Shown here one piece after another: positions 1 through 7,095 of a stretch of DNA of 32,000 nt. The notes beneath the pieces are model-generated. The model searched no databases and had not been told where the DNA came from. It worked only from the letters and a program-made list of their open reading frames with translations. The position numbers and the translations under genes were made by a program. Origin of the DNA: Candidatus Saccharimonas aalborgensis (GTDB lineage Bacteria; Patescibacteriota; Saccharimonadia; Saccharimonadales; Saccharimonadaceae); NCBI RefSeq assembly GCF_000392435.1, contig NC_021219.1:570001-602000 (forward strand), written 5' to 3'. Positions within the stretch are counted from its first letter, which is position 1. Each line of letters begins with the position of its first letter.

Positions 1-1
1 T

Positions 2-1090
2 AATCTGTGTACCGAGATTACCTTGCCAAATGACGAAAAGAATATTTCTGTCTGCAATCTCGTGAGTATAAATCTGAGCGCCTTTCTAGATGTTGATAAA
101 AAAGTCTGGGACTGGAAGCGGCTTGAGGCGGCAACACGTAGCGCCATTCGACAGCTTGATAATTTATGTGATATTACCGACACGCCAATTCCCGAGGCGA
201 TCAACAGCATTCAGACGACGCGTGCTCTCGGGCTTGGCATCATGGGCTTCACTGATGTCATCGAAAAATTGGGTTATAGCTATGAGAGTGAAGAGGCCTA
301 TGATACGATGGATCAACTCGCCGAATATATTAGCTACTATGCGATTGATGAATCAGCTGAACTTGCCAAAACGCGAGGGAGCTATCCTGATTTTAAGGGT
401 AGTGGATGGAGCAAGGGTCAATTGCCGATCGACACTGTCGATGCGCTGGCCAAAGACCGTAGTGTCGCCGTAGATGTCACTCGCAAAACTCGTCTCGACT
501 GGGAAGCGCTACGCAAAAAAACGACAAAAGGCATGCGTAATGCAACACTTATGGCGATTGCTCCGACAGCAAATATCGCCCACGTGGCAGGTACAACACC
601 CGGTATTGACCCACAGTTTGGACAAATATTTAGCCGCAGCACCCTCAATGGCAAGTTTCTCGAGGTTAATACCAATCTTGTGCGAGATCTGAAGGCACTA
701 GGTATCTGGAATGAAGTAAAGGACCAACTTCTCATCGAGCAAGGTGATCTGACGAATATCGATACAGTGCCGCAACACCTGAAAGACGTCTACAAGACAT
801 GCTTCCAGCTCAGCCCATTCGCGTTTGTCGAAGTAGCAGCGCGAGCCCAGAAATGGGTCGACCAGGCAATCAGCCGCAATATGTATCTCGAAAGCCGCAG
901 CATCGACGACATGGAGAAGGTCTATATGGGTGCGTGGAAGCGTGGTCTCAAAACTACCTACTATTTGCACATGAAACCGCGCCATCAGGCCGAGCTCAGT
1001 ACCGTAAAGGTCAACAAAGCTGACGCAATTGTCGATAGTAGCGGCGCGCGAAAGAGCGGATTTGGATTTGCAAAGAAGCAGGCGGCATGA
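2..1090 (+). CDS. nrdA: Ribonucleotide reductase class I catalytic (alpha) subunit, C-terminal part; 5' end lies outside the window
   Basis: The frame is open from base 2. Hallmark RNR large-subunit motifs are NLCTEITLP (active-site NLCxE), ISVCNLVSINL, RNATLMAIAPTANIAHVAGTTPGIDP and GLKTTYYLH. nrdB follows on the same strand. ORF-track entry 23..1090 is the same frame from its first Met. Confidence 0.9.
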   Translation, partial: NLCTEITLPNDEKNISVCNLVSINLSAFLDVDKKVWDWKRLEAATRSAIRQLDNLCDITDTPIPEAINSIQTTRALGLGIMGFTDVIEKLGYSYESEEAYDTMDQLAEYISYYAIDESAELAKTRGSYPDFKGSGWSKGQLPIDTVDALAKDRSVAVDVTRKTRLDWEALRKKTTKGMRNATLMAIAPTANIAHVAGTTPGIDPQFGQIFSRSTLNGKFLEVNTNLVRDLKALGIWNEVKDQLLIEQGDLTNIDTVPQHLKDVYKTCFQLSPFAFVEVAARAQKWVDQAISRNMYLESRSIDDMEKVYMGAWKRGLKTTYYLHMKPRHQAELSTVKVNKADAIVDSSGARKSGFGFAKKQAA

Positions 1091-1155
1091 GATGAAGCAG
1101 CACTTGAATTAATCCACTAACACCACATCAACAGAATAATAGGAGGGGATACCAA

Positions 1156-1329
1156 ATGAACGCATCAACTATCATCAACGACAATATGTCACTCGAGGAA
1201 AAACTTCAAGCTATCAGTGATGCTATGGAGGCTGCGCAGGCCTCGGTAAACGAGCAGGCAGCCCGCTCGGGGCAAACGGCCGCACCAATTGATCCAGCGA
1301 CGTTTACGATTTGCGACGGCTGCGAATAA
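1156..1329 (+). CDS. Small ORF (57 aa) between nrdA and nrdB, ending ...TFTICDGCE (C-terminal CxxC)
   Basis: ATG 1156 is preceded by AGGAGG at 1141-1146, and TAA lies at 1327-1329. It falls below the ORF-track length cut-off. Translation: MNASTIINDNMSLEEKLQAISDAMEAAQASVNEQAARSGQTAAPIDPATFTICDGCE. Confidence 0.5.
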   Translation: MNASTIINDNMSLEEKLQAISDAMEAAQASVNEQAARSGQTAAPIDPATFTICDGCE

Positions 1330-1382
1330 CCAGTGACTGCCAGGTGTAGCGCGCTCAGTTGAGAGTTAGCTTGTTTCGTGTC

Positions 1383-1398
1383 ATACTATATATAGATA
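1383..1398 (+). promoter_or_regulatory. AT-rich element with a perfect 10-bp palindrome CTATATATAG upstream of nrdB; NrdR-box-like, or simply the -10 region
   Basis: ATACTATATATAGATA lies about 40 nt upstream of the nrdB ATG. The core resembles my recollection of the NrdR-box consensus (acaCtAtATaTaGtgt), but the flanks do not pair and no second tandem box is seen. Confidence 0.25.
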
Positions 1399-1436
1399 TA
1401 TTAGTGAGCAGGATAAAAGATAAGGAGGAAACAAGG

Positions 1437-2483
1437 ATGGGTAAAATCTTAGGCTCCGGCATCCAAGACGGACTATTACTGAAACCAATCAACTATCAAT
1501 GGGCGATGGACCTCTATGATCAGGCAGTTGCGAACACGTGGTTTCCTAACGAGATTCAACTGGCGCAGGATTTAGCTGACTGGGAAAAAATGACCGATGA
1601 AGAGCGTCATGCAGTGACATTTTTGATGAGCTACTTCAACCCCAACGAGCTGTTGGTCAATAAGGCGTTGGCATTTGGTGTCTATCCCTACGTCAATGCA
1701 GCGGAGTGCCACCTCTATCTTGCCAAGCAAATGTGGGAAGAGGCGAATCACTGCATGGCGTTTGAGTACGTGCTCGACACGTTTCCGATCGATCGCGAAG
1801 CCGCCTATAGTGCCCATGTTGATGAGAAGGTCATGGCAGTCAAGGAAGAGTTTGAGACGAAGTACATCAAACGGATGACCGAAGACACGATGGATATCAC
1901 GACAACTGAGGGCAAAAAAGATTTCATCCGTAACCTTATCGCCTACAATATCATTCTCGAGGGCATTTGGTTCTACTCGGGATTCATGGTGGCACTTAGT
2001 TTCCGCCAACGAAATCTGCTCCGAAACTTCGGTAGCTTGATCGACTGGATTGTCCGCGACGAAAGTTTGCACCTAAAGTTTGGCATCAACCTTATTCTAA
2101 CCGTCATCGAAGAGAACGAGGATTTGCAGGACCCAGCGTTTGCCGAAGAGATCAAACAGATGATTCTCGACGGCGTGACAATGGAGGAGGAGTACAATAA
2201 AGCACTGCTGCCAAACGGTATCCTCGGCCTTAATGCCGACTATATCAACCAGTATGTTAAATACTTGACTGACCGGCGTCTCGAGGAACTTGGCTTCGAA
2301 CCTCATTATAATGTCTCAAATCCTGCCAAGTGGATGGCGACCGCTAACGATACCTATGAACTGGTCAATTTCTTTGAGAGTACCAATACCAGTTATGAAG
2401 TCAATGCTGGTAATGCTGAGGCGAAACTAAAGGAATCGACTGACGGTACAGAGCAAGAGCCCGACGAAAACGACGATAAGTAG
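1437..2483 (+). CDS. nrdB: Ribonucleotide reductase class I small (beta) subunit with a class Ic-like ligand set
   Basis: ATG 1437 follows AAGGAGG (1422-1428). Ferritin-like R2 motifs are NPNELLV, MWEEANHCMAF, NIILEGIWFYSGF and VRDESLHLKF. The C-terminal tail has TSYEV. The ORF-track start 1359 (TTG) is probably a spurious extension. Confidence 0.9.
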   Translation: MGKILGSGIQDGLLLKPINYQWAMDLYDQAVANTWFPNEIQLAQDLADWEKMTDEERHAVTFLMSYFNPNELLVNKALAFGVYPYVNAAECHLYLAKQMWEEANHCMAFEYVLDTFPIDREAAYSAHVDEKVMAVKEEFETKYIKRMTEDTMDITTTEGKKDFIRNLIAYNIILEGIWFYSGFMVALSFRQRNLLRNFGSLIDWIVRDESLHLKFGINLILTVIEENEDLQDPAFAEEIKQMILDGVTMEEEYNKALLPNGILGLNADYINQYVKYLTDRRLEELGFEPHYNVSNPAKWMATANDTYELVNFFESTNTSYEVNAGNAEAKLKESTDGTEQEPDENDDK

Positions 2484-2577
2484 AGAGCGGGCATATCGGG
2501 TAATTTACGCTTAGGGGGAGTTCTTGTGAGCACCAGCACTGGCGCCGCTATCGCTTACGCAGTCTCGTGTAGATCGT

Positions 2578-3798
2578 ATGATGCATAAAGAGAGTAGTAA
2601 ACAGGTAGTCTTGTTATTGGGTCCGGCTTTTGTTGCTGCGGTTGCTTATGTTGACCCGGGTAATTTCGCGGCTAATTTTGGGGCGGGTGCAAAGTACGGA
2701 TTTCTACTGTTGTGGGTACTGGTGTTAGCTAATAGTATGGCAGCGCTAGCACAATATACAAGCGCCAAAGTAGGACTTGTGACCGGTAAGTCTCTCCCCG
2801 AACTCGTGGCCGAGCGAATGTCACGGTGGGGCCGGCGGTTGTATTGGGCGCAGGCGGAGCTCGTAGCAGTTGCGACCGATATCGCTGAGGTTGTGGGTGG
2901 TGCGGTAGCACTGAATCTGTTGTTCGGATTACAACTACCCATAGGCGGGCTGATTATAGGCATTGTCTCGATGGCGTTGCTGGGGGTGTATAGTCATCAT
3001 GGTCAGAAATATTTTGAGCGGTTGATTGTCGGGCTATTATTGATCATTCCACTTGGGTTTTTTGTCGGGTTAGTACAGCACCCACCTAATCTGTCCGGTG
3101 TGCTCAGCGGGCTGACGCCGCGCTTTGGTGGTCAGGAGACACTACTGCTCGCAACGGCGATGATAGGAGCAACGATTATGCCGCACGTCGTCTACCTGCA
3201 TTCCGCCTTAGCAAGAGATCGTCACGGAAAAGTAAAGTTGTCCGAATTACAACAGTATTTAAAAGTAACAAAGATAGACGTCGGACTCGCCATGCTCATT
3301 GCGGGAACGGTGAATATTGCCATGCTATTACTCGCCGCGGCAGTACTTGGGGGCGCTACGGTAGAGGGCTTTGGTGATATCTTTGAGGGGCTGAGTAGTA
3401 CGCTTGGACCGTTGGTGGCGGTGCTCTTTGCTGTCGGGCTCCTGGTATCAGGATTGGCGAGTACCGCTGTGGGGAGCCAAGCGGGCAGTGTCATCATGAA
3501 GGACCTTGTGCACGTACCAATACCCCTGTGGATACGCCGGCTTATTACGATGATTCCCGCTCTTTTTTTGCTGATACTCGGCATCGACCCATTATTGTTG
3601 CTGGTGATATCGCAAGTCGCACTTAGTTTTGGTGTGCCATTTGCACTCATTCCACTCTCGATAATATCGTCAAATCGTAACATTATGGGTGCACATACGA
3701 ACTCGCGTGTCGTTTCGGTGCTCCTCTATACCATCACTGCTTCTGTGGCGATACTCAATATGGCTTTGATCTGGCTTATGCTTGTGCCAGGCTCATAA
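2578..3798 (+). CDS. mntH: NRAMP-family divalent metal (Mn2+/Fe2+) transporter
   Basis: The N-terminus has AYVDPGNFAANFGAGAKYGFLLLWVLVLANSMAALAQYTSAKVGLVTGKSL (the DPGN Nramp signature). The protein is polytopic and hydrophobic, about 406 aa. Confidence 0.85.
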   Translation: MMHKESSKQVVLLLGPAFVAAVAYVDPGNFAANFGAGAKYGFLLLWVLVLANSMAALAQYTSAKVGLVTGKSLPELVAERMSRWGRRLYWAQAELVAVATDIAEVVGGAVALNLLFGLQLPIGGLIIGIVSMALLGVYSHHGQKYFERLIVGLLLIIPLGFFVGLVQHPPNLSGVLSGLTPRFGGQETLLLATAMIGATIMPHVVYLHSALARDRHGKVKLSELQQYLKVTKIDVGLAMLIAGTVNIAMLLLAAAVLGGATVEGFGDIFEGLSSTLGPLVAVLFAVGLLVSGLASTAVGSQAGSVIMKDLVHVPIPLWIRRLITMIPALFLLILGIDPLLLLVISQVALSFGVPFALIPLSIISSNRNIMGAHTNSRVVSVLLYTITASVAILNMALIWLMLVPGS

Positions 3799-4515
3799 TT
3801 ATTGAGCGATCAGTGACTCAAGGTTAACTTGCCAGTCAAATAGTCCGCTCGACACAAGCAGCCCCTGGAGTTTTTTGTCTAAGCCTAGCACCACTGCAAT
3901 ACCGATGAGTAACAAAAGCGCCCCAAGGATACGGCGGAATTTGCCGTGCGTGTCGAGCGACCAACCTAGTTTGTGTACAAAGGTAGAGCCACCCACCGCG
4001 ACTGCAAAGAGAGTAAGTGTGAGTCCGAGTGTGTAGACGAACAAGAGTGATAATCCCTGCAGCGGATTGGCAGGCAACAGCACTGCAACGATGAGTGCGT
4101 ACGTGGGGCTACAGACATTGAATAAGGGACCGAGACTAGCACCGAGTAAGATGTCTCTAAGTGCACCCTGTTTTGTTGACGCATTGCCGACAGCTTGTTG
4201 TGCGACTAACCCGAAGCGACTTGTGAGTACAAATTTCTCCCAAAGGCTCGGCCATAACAGAGAGGCGCCAAATAGCGCAACAATCCCGCCACCCACGATT
4301 TGCCAGATTTGCTGAGGAACATCGATAAGCAAAGTGGTTGATTTGAGTAATACGCTAAACGCGATAACGGAGAGTGCCAGGCCAAGGAGTACGCGACTAC
4401 TGCGTCTGTTGCCTCCTTGTGCGTGAGTACCGAGCATCATTGGGATGAGTGGAAGTACGCAGGGTGAAAGGGCCGAGAAAACGCCAGCGAGCAGTGAAGC
4501 AAGGGCGAGCAGCAT
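3799..4515 (-). CDS. ccdA: CcdA/DsbD-type transmembrane thiol-disulfide electron transporter
   Basis: It has an LSPCVLPLIP motif near the N-terminus and a second membrane-embedded Cys (NVCSPTYA). It is a multi-TM protein. Its start codon abuts the stop of the upstream thioredoxin-like gene. Confidence 0.8.
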   Translation of the reverse strand: MLLALASLLAGVFSALSPCVLPLIPMMLGTHAQGGNRRSSRVLLGLALSVIAFSVLLKSTTLLIDVPQQIWQIVGGGIVALFGASLLWPSLWEKFVLTSRFGLVAQQAVGNASTKQGALRDILLGASLGPLFNVCSPTYALIVAVLLPANPLQGLSLLFVYTLGLTLTLFAVAVGGSTFVHKLGWSLDTHGKFRRILGALLLLIGIAVVLGLDKKLQGLLVSSGLFDWQVNLESLIAQ

Positions 4516-4983
4516 TTAGGTATTACTCAGCACGGCCTGGAGCGACTTCTCTTTTCCGTAGGCAGTCCATAGACTGACTTTTTCGCCGCCGCTGGTTATT
4601 TTGACAAACGTCGTCTGAAGCGTGACACCGTAGCGTTGCTTCAGATCAGTTGCTGTATCGTAGTCAACCTTGAGTATCTGCGTACTTTCAGGAATAGTCG
4701 CCGAAGTGAGTACCGTATCAAATGCGCGACACTCAGGACACCACGGAGCGTAAAAGAACAAAATCGTCTCACTAAAAGAAGTGTCATTTGCTGCCGCAGC
4801 GCTATAGGTGGTGTAGCGTCCCTGTGTAGACGAAGCAGGAGACGACGGGGTTGTATTAACATTACTTGGTGCATTAACTGATTGTTGAGATGGAGCGGTG
4901 GAGGGACGCATAAATAGATAAAGTAAGCCGCTAGCCAAGATGACAAACGTCACCGTTGCTCCTATAACAAAAGGTTTTCTCAT
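4516..4983 (-). CDS. Membrane-anchored thioredoxin-fold thiol:disulfide oxidoreductase
   Basis: It has an N-terminal TM helix (FVIGATVTFVILASGLLYLF), a Ser/Pro/Thr linker and then FFYAPWCPECRAF (the WCxxC thioredoxin active site). Confidence 0.8.
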   Translation of the reverse strand: MRKPFVIGATVTFVILASGLLYLFMRPSTAPSQQSVNAPSNVNTTPSSPASSTQGRYTTYSAAAANDTSFSETILFFYAPWCPECRAFDTVLTSATIPESTQILKVDYDTATDLKQRYGVTLQTTFVKITSGGEKVSLWTAYGKEKSLQAVLSNT

Positions 4984-5140
4984 ACCCGTAGCATATCATA
5001 GTAGTAGTTGATTTTCAGTGTCCCTGGCTTCATGCTATGAGACAAATGGGCAAAATAGCCGTATTTTTGTGAACGCCTACTACCCGCAGCGTAAAATACA
5101 CAACAATCTACGCTACCTGTAGCGTAGTGACCGTATTGCA

Positions 5141-5149
5141 TGCTATAAT
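5141..5149 (+). promoter_or_regulatory. Extended -10 promoter element TGCTATAAT, 8 nt upstream of the pyrG ATG at 5158
   Basis: The TGn+TATAAT match was read directly. There is no SD between it and ATG 5158. Confidence 0.45.
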
Positions 5150-5157
5150 GAAGTCCC

Positions 5158-6795
5158 ATGGAGGCGAAAATAGACATGGGAAAAACAAAATATATTTTTG
5201 TGACAGGCGGTGTCCTGTCGGGGGTAGGAAAAGGAATTACCGCGGCGAGCATTGGCGCAGTATTGCAAGCCAAAGGTAAGTCACTTTCAATTCAGAAATG
5301 CGACCCGTATCTTAATGTGGATGCGGGTCTTCTGAATCCAGCAGAACATGGTGAATGTTTCGTGACAAAAGATGGTGCTGAGACCGATCTCGACCTCGGA
5401 CACTATGAACGATTTCTTGATATTGAAGTGACACAGCAGAGTGCGACATTGTCGGGAAGGCTCCTCAAAGAGCTGATTGATGACGAACGTGCGGGCAAGT
5501 TTGAGGGTAAAACTGTTCAGCTTGTACCACACCTGACACGAGCTATTCAGCGTAAGATTGAGTTGGCATCTGAGGGTTCTGATGTCCATATTGTTGAGTT
5601 GGGGGGAACGGTAGGTGACTACGAGGGCCTGAGTTTTGTCGAGGCGTTTCGTGAGTTTGGTCGCCGTGTTGGCCGTGAGAATGCACTTTTTGTCCACGTG
5701 GTATATGTGCCATATATTGGTACTAGCAAGGAGTTTAAGAGCAAGCCTGCTCAAAACGCCCTCAGTGATCTGAGAGGGTTTGGTATTGTTCCCGATATTA
5801 TCATTGTGCGGACCGACAGTCCCGCGCCCGAGTCAATCAAGCGTAAGATTGCTATGTTTGGTGGTGTGCCGGACGATGCAGTACTGATGATGCCAAACGT
5901 CGATAGTGTTTTTAAGATTCCTGAGCGTATTGCCGAAAGTACCTTACTACCGATTCTTAATCACTTTGTTGGTGACGAAGTGGCTCCCGATATGCGGCGC
6001 TGGCAGGGGTTAGTCTCAATGCAAGAAAGTGACAAGAGTGAGGTAGTGCGAATTGGGCTTGTGGCAAAGTATCTCGACAATGAGGACACGTACTTGTCGG
6101 TACTTGAAGCGCTAAAGAGTGCAGCTTGGCATGAAGGTGTTGTGTTGGAAACAACATGGATCAATGCCGAAACGGCAACTGATGAAGATTTCGCGACTGT
6201 CGATGGGCTATTAGTGCCTGGCGGCTTTGGCGTGCGAGGGGTAGAGGGGAAGGTTGCGGCAGCGCGTTACGCCCTCGAACATGACGTTCCCTACCTTGGT
6301 ATCTGCCTCGGGCTGCAGACACTTGTTATCGCAGCGGCACGACGCGGTGGCCTGGGCCACGCAAATAGCGATGAGTTCGAGAAGAGTGGCCAGAACGTTG
6401 TCTATATTATGGAAGACCAGGTAGGTAAGGAGTCAACAGGGGGAACATTACGACTTGGCGATTATCCCGCCCAGCTTGTGCCGGATAGTTTGGCAGCTCG
6501 ACTCTATGATGGCACCACTATCGTTGAGCGCCATCGTCATCGCTACGAAGTCAACCAAGCGTTTCTCGAACAGATAGAAAAAGGTGGGATTGTTGTAAGT
6601 GGCACATCACCAGATGGTCGCCTGGTTGAGTTTGTGGAGGCACCCGGTAAACGATACATCATTGCTACTCAGGCTCACCCCGAATTTCGGTCTCGACCGA
6701 TGCGGCCGCATCCGCTCTTTGGCGGGTTGATCCACGCGGCGCGGCCTCGATCTCCCCACCTCCCCACTCCAGACAACCGGCCCGCCGCTAACTAA
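5158..6795 (+). CDS. pyrG: CTP synthase
   Basis: Motifs are KYIFVTGGVLSGVGKGITAASIG, and the C-terminal glutamine amidotransferase domain has GICLGLQ and HRHRYEVN. An alternative start at ATG 5176 (MGKTKYIF) lies 10 nt after GGAGG 5161-5165. Confidence 0.92.
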   Translation: MEAKIDMGKTKYIFVTGGVLSGVGKGITAASIGAVLQAKGKSLSIQKCDPYLNVDAGLLNPAEHGECFVTKDGAETDLDLGHYERFLDIEVTQQSATLSGRLLKELIDDERAGKFEGKTVQLVPHLTRAIQRKIELASEGSDVHIVELGGTVGDYEGLSFVEAFREFGRRVGRENALFVHVVYVPYIGTSKEFKSKPAQNALSDLRGFGIVPDIIIVRTDSPAPESIKRKIAMFGGVPDDAVLMMPNVDSVFKIPERIAESTLLPILNHFVGDEVAPDMRRWQGLVSMQESDKSEVVRIGLVAKYLDNEDTYLSVLEALKSAAWHEGVVLETTWINAETATDEDFATVDGLLVPGGFGVRGVEGKVAAARYALEHDVPYLGICLGLQTLVIAAARRGGLGHANSDEFEKSGQNVVYIMEDQVGKESTGGTLRLGDYPAQLVPDSLAARLYDGTTIVERHRHRYEVNQAFLEQIEKGGIVVSGTSPDGRLVEFVEAPGKRYIIATQAHPEFRSRPMRPHPLFGGLIHAARPRSPHLPTPDNRPAAN

Positions 6796-6875
6796 ATCAG
6801 CCTTCGCTCTTGGCGGGCCTTGGCCCATAAGGGCCAACTGTCTGTCGGGTGAGGTAGGGAGACTCTTTTACGTGA

Positions 6876-6905
6876 TTGACGGCTAGCGTTGTCCATGCTT
6901 AGATA
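6876..6905 (+). promoter_or_regulatory. Putative promoter TTGACG-N17/18-TTAGATA immediately upstream of the small ORF at 6911
   Basis: -35 TTGACG lies at 6876-6881. -10 is TTAGAT or TAGATA at 6899-6905, and ATG follows 5-6 nt downstream. Confidence 0.35.
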
Positions 6906-6910
6906 GCCAT

Positions 6911-7069
6911 ATGAACGACAAAAATGAAACACCTATGCAGCAAGAGATCGACGATACGCTTGATTTTGATGATACCGATGCGCTTCGTTATGTCCTCAAA
7001 AATACCAAGGGTATTGCGCCCGTGTCGGTCTATCGTGAGGCTGACTATCTTGCAGAAGATGACGAGTAG
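6911..7069 (+). CDS. Small acidic ORF (52 aa), unknown function
   Basis: Translation is MNDKNETPMQQEIDDTLDFDDTDALRYVLKNTKGIAPVSVYREADYLAEDDE. It is below the ORF-track cut-off and has no SD. It sits directly behind a promoter-like element in the leaderless arrangement seen elsewhere in the window. Confidence 0.35.
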   Translation: MNDKNETPMQQEIDDTLDFDDTDALRYVLKNTKGIAPVSVYREADYLAEDDE

Positions 7070-7079
7070 TCGCTACCTC

Positions 7080-7088
7080 TGATATAAT
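7080..7088 (+). promoter_or_regulatory. Extended -10 element TGATATAAT, 7 nt upstream of ATG 7096 (argS)
   Basis: Read directly. The first ATG (7087) lies inside this hexamer, which favours 7096 as the real start. Confidence 0.4.
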
Positions 7089-7095
7089 GAGAGAT

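Noticed and set aside
2484-2577. Possible yybP-ykoY (Mn) riboswitch upstream of mntH, suggested by a GGGGGAGUU stretch that resembles the conserved GGGGAGUAG loop
   Set aside because: The second conserved element (the GACAUA-type loop) and a plausible four-way junction pairing are absent. The region is short, and that riboswitch class usually controls exporters rather than importers. The G-run is better explained as the SD of a small uORF.
6820-6837. GC-rich hairpin TTGGCCC-ATAA-GGGCCAA 25 nt after the pyrG stop, as a possible terminator
   Set aside because: No U-tract follows it (the downstream sequence is CTGTCTGTC). It cannot be called an intrinsic terminator from sequence alone.
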